Source: Lama glama
Lineage: Eukaryota
Assembly (NCBI GenBank): GCA_028534125.1
Contig: CM052816.1
Coordinates: forward strand, 50,532,001 to 50,596,000
Direction of reading: 5' to 3'
Length of the DNA: 64,000 nucleotides
Below are positions 23,901 to 35,790 of this stretch, one piece after another. Within the stretch, counting starts at the first letter, position 1. Every line of letters begins with the position of its first letter. The position numbers and the translations under genes are program-made. The notes beneath the pieces are model-generated. The model worked only from the letters and a program-made list of their open reading frames with translations. It did not search any database and was not told the DNA's origin.

Positions 23901-26364
23901 CAAATATACATTACTATAAATAAAATATCTAAACAATAAGAACCTACTGTATAGCTCAGGGAACTATATTCAATATCTTGTAATAACCTATAATGAAAAG
24001 ATCTCTAAAAGTATATATATACCTACATGTATACATATATATGACTGAATCACTTTGCTGTACATCTGAAACATTGTAAATCAACTGAAAGTCAGTTTAA
24101 AAAAAAGAACACAATAGAAGAGCAAGACAATTTGAGGGAATAGAGAGAATTATCACTGGATTAGTGTAATACTAACATTAAGTTACTAACTCATGAATAA
24201 AATATTAAGGGATTTTAGATCCATTTTATGTAATAAATTAGAAAAAGGTATACAACTCCAGTAGCAAACTCAGGGGATCCTTTTGTTCACAATTGTTACT
24301 TGAAAGTATGGCTAAAATTTCAGACATCTACTTTGTATCTTTCTTAATGATTTCCTGTATTACTATCTATTTTTATGTCTAATTATAAATTCTGCCTTTT
24401 CTGTTTTTGCTTGCTCATTGATTTTCATTTTCCTTTCGACCGTATGAATACCATAGGTTAAATTGTTCACTTAAAGTATTCATTCTTGCCAATTATGTGA
24501 AAAGCATTAGCTTTTCCTTTTGGCAAAGTGCTTTAGAAAATGTTGATGCTGGTGTGCCGCTTTCTCAACCACATGCTCCTCTCTTATCTTGACATAGAAT
24601 ATATCCACAAAGAAAGGATACAATTTTAATGGGGAAAGGCCCAGCCAAATCATCTTATCATGTTACACATCACATTACAGCAACTGTTTCACATTCACTT
24701 AGAGTCCTAAGACCAGACAAGAAATAAAATTTTTACCCAAGTTCAACCAAAGATGTTTAGCTCTACCACATGGCAACCTCTTTTAAGAAAATTAAAAACA
24801 GGAAAATGAAACCCACATGGAAATCATAGCATTCTAATCTGGAGGATGAAGAAGAGAAGGACTTCCTCAAAAATTAATTTTCAGCAGATGGAAAATTCTT
24901 AAGACAGTATTAATTTCTTTTTTTGGTGTTTAAGAAGACTGTATTAGACAATAAGAGTATCTAATCCTAAAGACAGGGACAGGCTTCCTTATGAAATCCA
25001 CCTGACATTTTTGTCTGAATGTTTTTTGTGGTGGTGGTTTTATTGGATAACTTGAGGTTTTTACTCTGAAAAAATTAGCATTGCTTAAAAAAAAAAAAAA
25101 GAGGAACCACAGTACTTTTTGTTTCAAAAGTTTTTTTTTTTCCAGTTGAGATAGTATTGTGAAAACACTATTGTCTCACATTCTAGATTTTCCTTTAGCT
25201 GGAAGGCAGTCCATTAAATGTTTATGGACAGAAAAATACTATAAAAACACCAAGTATTTATTGTATCTGTACGTGTATAATATCTTCTGTGAATATTGTC
25301 ATTGAACAGATACAAAGACACAAACTTACTATGACTTTGTGATCTCAATGAGGAACCTCTGAAAATGAAAAGCACCTTGAAGATTTTAGTTGATAAGTGT
25401 GGTCAAGATTGACACTTTCCAGAAGTAGTTAACTGAATTTGCTAAGTGAAATAAGGAACTTAATTACTGGGAAAGAGATTATTGTAAACATCATAGAAAA
25501 ACAGGTGAGGGGAGAGTAAACCATCTCTATAAAGGACACCAGGTACACACCCAGCATTATTTCTAGAAGTAGCACATCACTCTTCCTTATGTGCCCTCAA
25601 GGCAGCATGAAAATGTTCGGTGCTTTGTACAGCCTTGCAATTACTGAAGAAACAGGAAAGAACAAGATGAGTTTGAGCTAACTTACAATCACAGAATCTC
25701 TTTGCAAGACAGTTTCACAAGCCAACTCCGTATCTACTTCATGCAAAGAAAAGTCTCCAAGTATAAACAAACACTCCTTAAACACATGTGAAAACTGACT
25801 GATACAGAAGTGGTTGTTCTGAGTTCTACATTTCTAACCTAGAGTAATTATACTATAAAATATTTGACACAAAATCCCTCTCAAAAATAGTTTTCTCTAA
25901 TATGTTTTTATTAAGCATTTTATGTTACATTGACTTTTTAAATACAGCTTTATGGAACACTATTTTCATCCAAGAATGCTTATCCCCCCCCACCTTTTTA
26001 ATATCTGGATGTATAGAGTGGAACCGAAATGGCGCACTGAGAGTTTTCTAAATGCATAAAAAGGAGGTGGTCTTGGAAATAATCAGTATAGTTTAGCTCA
26101 TTCTGTAGAATACTTACTTTTATGTTGCATGTAGTTTATTTTGCCCATCCTTGCCTGCCCCCCACCCTCGCAAATGCATGGGCTTCATAGGCAAGAGTTT
26201 TATCTTCATTTTTATATGCCCCTCTCCTGTAGTGAGTTGTAACCTTATGCTAGCCATTCAATCAACATGAATATATCTACCTTTCTTCATTAGGTGAACG
26301 GAAGAGTCCTTACGTTGCAGTATGCTGTATTGTGATGGCCTTCAGCATCCTCTTCATACAGTAG
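2972..26364 (+). CDS. TMEM167A: TMEM167A / protein kish-A, spliced CDS join(2972..2974,17847..17956,22421..22455,26294..26364), 72 aa
   Basis: Manual splicing gives 3+110+35+71=219 nt, translating to [72 protein letters not shown], which I recognise as kish-A. All three introns are GT..AG with consistent phases (0,2,1). Confidence 0.97.
4495..4690 (-). mobile_element. MIR SINE fragment
   Basis: Diverged match to the MIR core reverse complement (tttacaggtgaaggaagtgaggcaca...). Boundaries approximate. Confidence 0.55.
7673..7955 (+). mobile_element. MaLR LTR fragment (MLT1-like)
   Basis: Starts TGTGGTAGACAGAAT and contains gcagcctctagaagctggaaaaggcaggaaaatagattcttccctagagcctcc, typical of MLT1 LTRs. 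Confidence 0.7.
10800..11330 (-). mobile_element. Old L1 (L1ME-like) ORF2 remnant, interrupted by the younger L1 and resuming at about 16801
   Basis: Degenerate antisense L1 motifs (cctggctattcttg...tatttttccgtatgaacttcaaaatcag; cttagtctaattcctgacttt). The sequence continues after the younger insert. Confidence 0.6.
11342..16789 (-). mobile_element. L1 LINE retaining both ends, with internal deletions (antisense in TMEM167A intron 1), inactive
   Basis: Poly-T and 3'UTR at 11342. ORF2 remnants [12 protein letters not shown] (C-terminal), [17 protein letters not shown] (RT region) and [18 protein letters not shown] (EN). ORF1 remnant at about 14870-15500. GC-rich 5'UTR starting GAGAGGGATCAAGATGG at 16789. 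Diverged TSD AAGAAGTACTT (11331-11341) / AGGAAGTGCTT (16790-16800). Confidence 0.93.
16925..17160 (-). mobile_element. L2 LINE 3' end fragment
   Basis: tttattcaacc...ttattgggctccc...ggcacattgtcaggtgctgg...gacccttgagctgaattttga resembles an antisense L2 3' end. Confidence 0.55.
17847..17956 (+). CDS. TMEM167A: TMEM167A exon 2 ([37 protein letters not shown])
   Basis: Branch-like TACTAAT at 17820-17826, long pyrimidine tract, TAG acceptor at 17844-17846, 110-nt exon, donor GTATGT at 17957. Confidence 0.97.
19515..19650 (+). ncRNA. SCARNA18: H/ACA small Cajal body RNA SCARNA18 (U109), intronic, guide for U1 snRNA pseudouridine 6
   Basis: Two hairpins (GCATGT/ACATGC base stem; GGAG..CTCC with CAACCT/AGGTTG upper stem), H box ACATCA at 19576-19581, ACA at 19645-19647 plus 3 nt. 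Pocket strands CAGG (19596-19599) and AGTAT (19631-19635) pair with U1 5'-AUACU-U6-A-CCUG. It matches the recalled U109 sequence and host gene. Confidence 0.93.
21066..21565. other. Assembly gap (500 N) in TMEM167A intron 2
   Basis: Run of N seen directly. Confidence 1.
22421..22455 (+). CDS. TMEM167A: TMEM167A exon 3 ([13 protein letters not shown])
   Basis: tttcttttttta ttccatgcAG acceptor, 35-nt exon, donor GTAAGG at 22456. The phase matches both flanking exons. Confidence 0.96.
23190..23310 (-). mobile_element. Short L1 3'-UTR end fragment
   Basis: caggtgtacaacatagtgattcacaatttttaaag...ccatttatagttatt...aaatattggcaatatt is an antisense L1 3' terminus. Confidence 0.65.
23311..24106 (+). 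mobile_element. 5'-truncated L1 (ORF2 C-terminus + 3'UTR + polyA)
   Basis: gggaaatgcaaatgaaaaccacaatgagg..., aaaaagaatgaaataatgccattt..., ending aatcactttgctgtacatctgaaacattgtaaatcaact...aaaaaaaa. Confidence 0.9.
26294..26364 (+). CDS. TMEM167A: TMEM167A exon 4 coding part ([23 protein letters not shown])
   Basis: ctttcttcattAG acceptor; reads in frame to TAG at 26362-26364. Confidence 0.96.
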
Positions 26365-29300
26365 CTTGGAAAAATGCCAGAATTCAATTGTCATCAGATT
26401 GATTTCGATAAGAAAAAAAGGACTTACCTGCAGAAAATAACGGAATGAATGGTTAACCCTTTTATCTCTGAACATTGAATGACAAATTTCCAGCTGCTAT
26501 TCTCTATTTTTGTTATTGGACCAATGTTCTATATAAATAATTAGGATGTAACCATCTACTACTTAAAGAGTTTAAATATGTCTGTAACAGTCAACCTCAG
26601 TACTGTCACTACAATATCACATTCTGCATATGTCTGTCTGTTGTGTCAGATACCGGTTTTTGATGAGGTGTCTTTAAGGCACATAGTAGAAAACAAAATC
26701 GGTAAATTACTCAAGTTCCTTTCACTGTGATTTGGAAATGATAAATCTTTATAGAATGAGAACTTTTTTTGGACTAGCTTTTTTGTTAAAAAAAAAAAAA
26801 GGTTCAATTTGTGTGGGTAAAGATTGCATTCATATTGCATAAGGCTTGCTTTTCCCCTGGCCACACCATTTCAAGCATTAACCAGAGTACCTCTACTCTT
26901 AGCAAACTAGTTTATTACAGATGTTTAAACTATTTAAAACAAGCCTATGCAGTTCTTAAGGAGGAAGAGAAAATGAGATGACTTAAAAGTAGTATTGAGG
27001 AAATGTTCCTATTTAACATCAAAGAATTTAGAATGTCTGACTGGTGGTGTAGCCTCTGAAACCTCTCTGATAAAGTATAGATAAATGTCTTAAGCATAAA
27101 TTTGACCAGCTAACTGTCATTCTCTGAATGAGATTACATGCTTAGAGTAAAAAGAACAAAACAGGACAACTAGAGAATGATAATCCTGTATGTGTTTTCA
27201 TTCTTTTTACTGTCAGGTCTTCACATTTTAATTACTGCAAAATACAAACTGTATGTGTTTTTTTTTTTAATACAGCACTTTAAATCTAGCTTACGTTTTG
27301 TCTATTAACTTGAACTGGAATCTTTTGTGTAACTTAGTAAATGATGATAAACAAAAATTCAAATCTACTTACCCGTATACCATGGCATAAATATCCTTGG
27401 GCTTTGATGATAGAGGAAGACCTTCAATAATTTTCATCGAGGCAAGAGAAGTGTTGGAAATATGACTTACAAATTTTGTAGTAAAGCAGTTATTATACAT
27501 TTATGGTTAACATTTCTTAAGAACCAAAATAGAACTTCTTAGCTAAAAGTTGCCCACTATAGATAGTATTAATTAGATACTGTTCTCAGCTGTTAATTTA
27601 CCTATAAAGGTAAAAAGATAAAAAGAATAAACCTTGTTTTTTTAAAGAAAAAAATTGTTTAGAATTATTTTTAAACGAGCCTGCCAGTAGCTTTTTCTGC
27701 AGAAACAAAGTATGGAACTAAAAGTTACCTATTTTTAAAGACCGCTTTAAAGTACTTGGAAAGAATTTTAGGAAACATCCAAGAAAAGCTTATTGTAAGC
27801 CTGCTCTTTTTTTTGCAGAAGATAAAAGCTGCTATAGGCTGTCAATATATTTGTTTACTGTACATTGTTGGCATATCTATAGCTGGTTATAAGTGGTATA
27901 TTTTGCCTTAGGCAGGTAATCGGTTATGATCATTTTTCCTACTCTGAGCTGTCTCTGGGGCTTTGCATTAGGTCAAGGACTTTCAGGGTAGCCTCAAAAC
28001 AGGACTCCCTTATCAGCATATACATGCAGAGTAAATCACCTTTCTCGGTCTAGTTTCCGAGTGGCCATCTGCTGTCCAACTCTGCTGCCAACTAGACTTC
28101 CCAAAAGCTATATCAACTCATTTTTTTTATATGCTAACACAAATCTAATATGAAAAAGGGAAGCATATGTTAGTCAGTTCTAGGATAGTACTAGTAGCCG
28201 TTTCAGGAGGAGTAGATGGAAAGTAGAGGAAGAAATAACTCCTTTGGAAAATTCGTGGTAACACATGAAAAATTTTACTGTGTGTAGATGCTGAACAGAG
28301 TGGGAGGCAGCTAATTTCTGACCCAGACACTCTGACCTTTTGAAACACAAGTTCTCTGGGAGGTGGGGAGAGACACGGGATTCTGTGAAGAAAAGCAATT
28401 AGCATTTTCTTTACTGTATTTTTTTTTCTTAAGAGTTACCACTGCATCCTATTCTCTAACCCAAAGGGCAGTGTAGGTAGTTAAAACTACAGAATACAGA
28501 ATATTCAGATATTCCTTTTGTGGTCTTAGGGGGGTGGTAGGATGCAGAAGGGGATTTAAATTGATCTTGACCATCTGCCTCTGTCACAGTATTGGTGCAG
28601 GGTGGATGGCGGGCACTGAAGTCCACAGCTTGCGAGATTCAAGTATTCTCCCTTACCTCCTTCCTGGCTCCAGAATCTTGTGATTCCACCTTGCCTGGAA
28701 TTTGTTTTGTGCTGATATTTAGTTCCTGATTGTCCTTGGCTGTGCCAATGGCAGGAGCATGTCTTCTTTTGAGGCAGTCTTAAAAGATGGTCAATCAAAG
28801 GGACACATAGTCTGTTGAATTCCTTCTGTTGCTTAAACTTTAGATTCAAGTTCAGTATCTGATTAATGCCGGTGCTGCTGTGCCAGGCACTGCTATCCTG
28901 AACACTCTTTACACAGTCAAATTCAAAATAGACCTTTTATGCCAGGGAAAAATAGTAATATATAATTTGTCATAGATTCCATCATCTTAGTAATATGCGG
29001 GTCAGTCTGGTTCTAACCTAAGACAAAATAGAGATTTGAATGAAATAAATGTCTCCAAGGTCAAAGTCAAAAATGAACAGATCTCTGCCTAGTTTTGTGG
29101 AAAAGACCTAGCACTTGTAATTAGAATATTTCTATTTCACCAGTTTTAAGAGGCATTTATAAGAATGCATTTGATATATTATCACTGAAGATAGAAAGAC
29201 AAGTACACAGTTTCTTCCCTCAAGTGATTCATAATGTAGTGGGTGAGAGGAATGAAGTTATATGAAGTGCAATGTGATAGCATTTATTACTGAGCTAACA

Positions 29301-29450
29301 CCAGGATTCTAGACGAAAATGACAACTCAGGAGTATGAACCTCCTTCCAGAGAAGCAATATTTAAACTGCATTTAAGAGCAGTATGCAAGAAGGACTACA
29401 GGCACATTATGGACCATCAGTACCTAGCTTGCCGTGCCACTTGAGGGGTA

Positions 29451-29667
29451 CGGTTGAGCCTTGAATGGCATGGGTTTGAATTGCGTAGGTCCACTTACAT
29501 GTTGGGTCTTTTTTAATAGTAAATGCCACAGTACCACACAGTTCCAGGCTGGTTGAATCCGTGGCTGTGGAACCATGGCTATGGAGGTCTGACTAGAGGA
29601 TATACATGGATTTCAGACTGCACAAATGATCAGCACTCCTAACCCCTGTGTTGTTCAAGGGTCAGTG
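29451..29667. mobile_element. Tigger2-derived MITE (TcMar-Tigger) within the probable TMEM167A 3'UTR
   Basis: TA followed by cggttgagccttgaa...gggtttgaattgcgtaggtccactta; right end aacccctgtgttgttcaagggtca. Degenerate terminal inverted repeats of the Tigger2 type. Confidence 0.8.
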
Positions 29668-30497
29668 GCCTTCAGACATAAGCCTAGAAAGGTGGAGAGG
29701 TTAGATCCTAGAGTCTTGTATTTTTCTCATTACTATCTATTACCTACCTCAGAATTGAAGCTGAGTATGTTTCCTCCTGACCCCCCCCAAAAAAAATTCA
29801 ATTAAAAAAAATCCTTCCTTGGTGTATGTATAAACAAAGTTGAATTTATCCATGCCAACCTTATTTTGGATCAAGAATACAAGAGTATCCTCTCCAAAGA
29901 TGCCTGTGTGGCGTATAAAGCTGAGGTAACTAACCAGTCAGGTCACGTATTTTTAGGAACTCTTAGTAACCCATATACTTACTGTCAGAGTAGCCAGGAT
30001 CGTTAAAGTGCACATGTGCACAAGAAACGGTGGTTCCAATTGTCTTCATTGCCTGGGTGCACAGAAAAGATTTCCAATAAACAAGGACATGTGCTCCTTT
30101 CAAAGCAGAAACTTTGAGAAGTTACTGAGTCATAGGAAGCTAAAAACAAGAATGGAAGATTCTTAGGGACCCCTCTCTACTTTCTTTGGTGTTCAACGGC
30201 AGTAGATGTTCAAAATGTAAGTAGCTAAGTGACGACAGCAGCATTGTGAATACTGCACAGTCTGGTTATTCCCAATCAGCAAATTACTACTAGCTTCCCC
30301 CCAAAAAAGCTTAATAATTCTGTCATTTATACACTGCCTCCCATGGTTTCTTTTACTTTGCCCTAAACCAATTCCAAAATGGTAATCTGAAACACCATTC
30401 CAATATCAGAAAGAAGAGGAGAGGGGAATGTGTATTTCCTGTGGTTTTCAGAGTACGAGAATCATCCCACTCTGGTTAGTGCACATGTCTGGTGTGT

Positions 30498-30503
30498 AAT
30501 AAA
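30498..30503 (+). promoter_or_regulatory. Candidate distal polyadenylation signal (AATAAA) of TMEM167A
   Basis: AATAAA immediately preceded by TGTA (CFIm motif, tgtgtaATAAA) and followed about 30 nt later by T/G-rich tagttttgtcttcctgtc. Confidence 0.5.
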
Positions 30504-32519
30504 AATCAAAATGAACTCTCAAGAGCTCCCTAGTTTTGTCTTCCTGTCAGATGAAAGTTTTTTTAGGGGTTAAAAATGGAAATTGCCATCTTTTGAGTAA
30601 GATGGGAATTAGAGAAATGTTTCCCTTTGTTTTACCTGCATTTTAATTCATGGCTGGTCAAGGTTAGTTTGGGGAGGTTTCTATGTTGATATTGTTTGGC
30701 ATCTTAGAGCTATTCAGTCCACTATATTGCTTTCTTTGAGCCTTCACAAGCCTAGCTGACTTGCTTAAGTTAGGAAGTCATGAAACAACCACTCCCGCCC
30801 CCGAGATGGTAGAAATCTGATTCTGAGTGAAAGGGACAATTAATTGTTGACAGTGACTTTCAATCTGTCTTCAACTGAGAGCCTTCAGATGCCCAAACAT
30901 TCTGGCAAGTAGCTATCACAAAAATCTGTGAGCGGTGTCCATCAGAGTCAGATTATTCAACCAGTTTGTACCATTTATTGGGAAATAAGAAAAAGCTTCT
31001 ATGTGCCTTGCTTTGGATTAACAAGGTCTTTCTACTGTCATCTTCCCAGATTAAAACAGACAAACCTTTGTTAGACCTGTTACTGGAAAGAATTGACTTA
31101 ACCAGATGAATTTCAGCAAATATTTCAGTTTTGAACTCAAAGTATTTCAGGTATAAACAGAAAAACAGTGTCTTAGCTATAGCCTTCAGTGTGTACTGTA
31201 AACCCCTCACTGCTCCATTCTGACTACCAGTTGATGTGAGACTATAATCACTGAATTTCTGATTTCTAACTCAAGTCAAAAGAATTTAAAATGCTTTGCT
31301 CGAGACCACTGAGCTTAACATAGTAGCAAAGCAAAATCTGTTTTCGTTTCAGAGGGTTTGCCTTAATATCCTTAATCGTAACAGATTTACTGGGGAAAAA
31401 AAAAGAGAAACATGAACATTGGAAATAAGGGTAAGTCACTTCACACACATTTTGTGGAGGATGAGAACATTCAAGAACTAAAAACTACCCAGACACTACT
31501 ACTGTTTGAGCTTTCTTTGGCAAGGGAAGTAACCTAGGAGCACTTGTGTAATAATTGAGGGTTTGTACCCAAATTGCCAAAACGTATAATTTATGAGCCA
31601 CTTCAACATTTCTGATCAAGTACTATGTCTAGGCTAAATGCTGGAAAAATAATGTGCAAAGATATTAAGCTGCTTAAGAAGAAATAAATACACATTTAAG
31701 GCATGAAGGATTTCAAGAAGGAATATTTGCAGTAGTGAAGTTTTAAAGAAAAGTGACCTGCAGGCCCAGGGTAACCCCAAAACCTTGGGAACTGAAAGTT
31801 AGGAAGACAGAGCCCCCTTTCAATATCATTTCATTAGGGCCCTTGAAAAACAAAAGGTAGGATTTTCCTTTTGATTTTATTTAATAAAAATATTGTTTAT
31901 ACTTTGCTTACTTTTTAGCTAATGTTATTCACAAATGGAGGAACCTCTATTAAATCTTGGAAAATGATGAGAGTACTTTGACTTATAAAATATGTTTAAG
32001 AAGTTTACAGTATGAAATTAAGAGAGCTATAGAACACAAAATATAGAGTAATAAAGTTGGATGAGTTTTTGAAAATTCAGTTTTATGACTATGTAATCTG
32101 AACCTCATTCAGATCTCCCTGTTAATGGGTCACTGCTCTGAACCCTAAGTGAATAAAAGCGAAAATAACATAGTAACATAGTTCTAAACCCATACAGGAA
32201 ATTGCATTCATACTACTGGCAACTCCAATACTACTGGAGTTGCTTTTATTTTTTAAAATATTACCAATCACACGCATCTTTTCAAAGAGGTGTAATCGAA
32301 TCTATTAATACTTAGAAATTGGACACACAAAACTATTGAGATGGTTCCTGAATCCCCAGGTAATTAGTTTTACTTGGAATGAAGAACAGAAATAAGGGTA
32401 GAATTCAGGATAATCCTTGTGCCCCCAAGGCATGGAAAATTAATTCCTGGGACATGGCTGCCCCACAAGGTCAGTTCCTCCATGTCTCCCTTTCTAATTC
32501 TAGAAGAATCCTTTGAGAC

Positions 32520-32970
32520 CTAGCTGTGTGCCAAACACAGTGCCAGGGTCGGTGTACAATGCAGAACAAGACATACAGCTCCTGCTGTCACAGAATCTAG
32601 ATTCTAGTGAAGACCAACTAACCAGAATACTTGTTGTATGCAATCTCTAGTAAGGCCCTTCCTTGAGGAAACCAAACAAAGGATGATGTAGATGGGGTGT
32701 CCACAGAAGGCCACTGCATGAATGGATGATTAGGCTACAACCTGCAGACGAAGAGACAGTGAGCCAGGAGGCAGAGGGAACTCAAGGACCCAGAGATGGT
32801 AAAGAGCTCGGGACTTCAAGTGGTGGGGAAACGGACAGGAAACTAGCATGAACTAGGTGAGACACAGAATGATGTAAGTTGGATAGAAAAATGGGCCAAG
32901 TTATGCAATGGTCTGAGCCATTGAGAAGACTGGCAGACTCAGACAAAGGATGAGTTTTTATTTTTTAATT
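32520..32970 (-). mobile_element. L2 LINE fragment
   Basis: tgtgtgccaaacacagtgccaggg...aacaagaca...cctgctgtcacagaatctagattctagtg, typical of antisense L2. Boundaries approximate. Confidence 0.5.
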
Positions 32971-35419
32971 GGAGCAGATACGGTATCTATGAGGCTGTCC
33001 TCACACTTCATATTGGAACTGAAATCCACACGGCAGGAAATTGGGAAAAGAAGGCTAGAAGCTTCAGGATGGACTGAAACCCACGTCGGTTATTGTTGCT
33101 ATGACCTTGGTGCTGTGGATGTTCTCCAAAAAGAAGCCAGTGCTCTTCACCTTGGAGCTAAACACATCTGGCTCAGAAGTTAGAGAAACTGAAGGAGAAA
33201 GTGGGAATGGTTGTAGGCCCAGCCATCACCTCACATTAACAAAGTTAGTACAAGGTGACGACGTGTATCGGCTACCAAAATGGTGGATGCTTCACTCTGC
33301 CCTCCAAATTGCACACAAGACTCCTGCAGCCCACTCTAACCAAACCTTACAGGAAACCACTCTAGGAAATGAAGGTCGGCCTAACCAAGTTGACACATTA
33401 CAAGGGCATCAGCCCCTCTTAAGAATCCCACCTGGGTTGCCTCCCAGCAAGCTGACCTTAACATACCAAGCAAGACTAGTTATCCCTTCTAAATCTGCTG
33501 TGCTCTCTGGATTTCCTTATTTTTGTAAACAGTACAACTTTAATTCTATGACCAAAACCTTCTAATCCCCTAAACTCCTCTCTTCTTGCTCATATCCCTC
33601 CCTTGCTCCCACTGATCTATAGTTTAGTTCTATCATTTTTTACCTCTGCAGCGCCTACCCCAGGCATATGAGTTCAAACTCACCAGGTGACTATACCATC
33701 CCACACACTGATTTCATATTTAGTTGTATATAATCCTCATTCTGGAACCCCAGAAGTACAACAAGGGCATTCTCTCCAAAGACACGTACAGGAGAGTGAG
33801 TTATGGCAGAGGAGCTAGCATGCTGTTATCATTACTTAAACCAAGAAAAACACACTGTAGACAAGATGAAAGATCTAATAAAAATGTGTTCTTATTCCTG
33901 ATTCTAAAACTTTTAACAGCTGGGCTTTCCCATGTGGAAGAATGTGACATAAATAACTCAGCCAGGAAGCAGAGGGGCTGTGAAGAAGTCCAACAGAATG
34001 ACAGATGATCTTGGACACTCCAAATATCACACCCAATGGAGTTACAAGGAAATAAGTGGTCGGTGGAAGGTACTGATGAGCTCGTGCTGGTATGATCAGC
34101 AGACTTTACAGAACCTGAGTCATGTACCACTAATTCTACAGAAGTTTTCTTTCTACTTGAACTTGTTAACACTCTAATCTATTCCATCAGAACTTTCTCT
34201 GCTCTATCCAGATTTATCATCTTTTAATTAGTCCTGGAAATCTAGGGAAATTGACTCTCAGAGAATGAACTTGTTGAGATTTAAAACTGAAATAAACTCA
34301 ATTCTTACGTTTAATTTTCTTTGAAAGGGGACAAATATCGCCGAGGACATCCTATTTAGTATCCTCGTCCATGGCATCTGGGAGTAGCTCATGTTACTGT
34401 TCCTATTCCGACTTCTTCCTTCCACTGAAGCATACATAGTCACAGGTGTGGCACAGATGCCAAGAGGCACTGTGAGAAAACAGGAGTGAGAAACAGAAAG
34501 AACTTAAGCCTAAGAAAGTGAATGCAGTTCTCCTTTTCCACTTGTATAATGGGGAAGCAGTGAGTCAAGAGCTGCCATCCGTATGATACAGAGTAATAGA
34601 TACAGAACTGTGGGGCAAGTCTCCTCATCTTTCTCACATTTGGGTTAGATGATCTCTCAAAGCCTTTCCAACTCTAAAAACTGATGACTGTCCTGTATTT
34701 ATAGTACAAGTTGTTCTTCACTGGCCCCCACTTATATTTCTCAGCAGTTGCTTCAACATAGACAAAGAGCTCTTAGAGAGCGAAGATTCATCTGTTTTCT
34801 TTTTTTCTCCAGGCATATTCTTGGAAATCCCACTGTGGTTGGAAGTTCTACTTTGTGAAATGTACCCAGGAATTCACCTTGCCAGAAATTCTGTGAGGGC
34901 TCACTTAAATCATTGTAAAGAGTTACAGGAGACATTCTGTGATTACATAAGTGGTTATTTCAGTAGGAAATATTTAGACAGCATGTGCTTGTTACTCCTT
35001 TTTTTTTTTAAAGCTAATCCTGAGATTAACCTTATCTAAAAATTTTAGCAACAATCAACTCACCCATTGGCTACACCATGCAAAGGAAAATGTCCACATC
35101 AACTGGAGAGGAGAAAAAAATAAAAAGAAAATTATTTCTAGGCCTTTAATTCCCCTACTCTCTGCCCGCCATATGTTTTTACTCATGATGATCCAAACAT
35201 GCTAATGTAGCTGCTCCTTACCTCTGATCACCCAGCACAGTGTGAGTCACTAAGCAGGGGATGCTTCTATTTTCCACTATTGATTTTTCCTTCTAACAGG
35301 ATGGTGACCTCTGAATGGCAAGTCTTGTGCTTGAGAGATGGTGTAATGATCCCCTTCTGAATCATATGGGAGACAAAATTCCCTGGCACTTTAAGTTTCA
35401 TACCTAAAAGTAATTTAAA

Positions 35420-35790
35420 TTTTTTCTCACTACAAAATTTAAATCTTTGAATTACAGAAAAAATAGAAAATGCAAGTACATAAAAAGAAAAAAATTTTTT
35501 CCAGTAATCCCATCAGTCCAAAACAACCACTATCAACAATTCATGTAAAGATATCCATGTAAAGACAAAACATGTATTTTTATAAAATGGGATAACATAG
35601 CACATGCTATTTTATAGCCTCTCCATTTAATAATATATCATGAACATCTTTACACAAATGATAGATTTTGGCTATTATACTATTTTTAAATAATTGGAGA
35701 GTATTCTGCTATAGAATACAACATAATTTATCTAACCTATAGTATACTATTGGACAATTAAACTGTTTCCACTTTGGAAATGATATATTT
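35420..35790 (-). mobile_element. Old L1 (L1ME-type) 3' fragment
   Basis: taatccca...aacaaccactatcaaca...aaaatgggataacatagcacatgctatttt...ttggacaattaaactgtttccactt. Confidence 0.55.

Larger units (their letters stand above)
26365..30525 (+). other. TMEM167A: TMEM167A 3'UTR (probable long form)
   Basis: AT-rich sequence after the stop codon, with AATAAA at 27626, 30076 and 30498. The end is inferred from the distal AATAAA and my recollection that the human 3'UTR is about 4 kb. Confidence 0.55.

Noticed and set aside
2975..26293. Possibility that TMEM167A introns are U12-type
   Set aside because: Donors are GTAAGA, GTATGT and GTAAGG rather than RTATCCT, and the acceptors have ordinary pyrimidine tracts.
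32219..32250. Perfect 9-bp hairpin GCAACTCCA/TGGAGTTGC followed by a T-run, resembling an intrinsic terminator
   Set aside because: Eukaryotic intergenic context. The adjacent repeated TACTACTGG suggests a small template-switch duplication.
33101..33565. 154-aa ORF
   Set aside because: No recognisable protein similarity or exon context; it overlaps what looks like an old LTR-type repeat.
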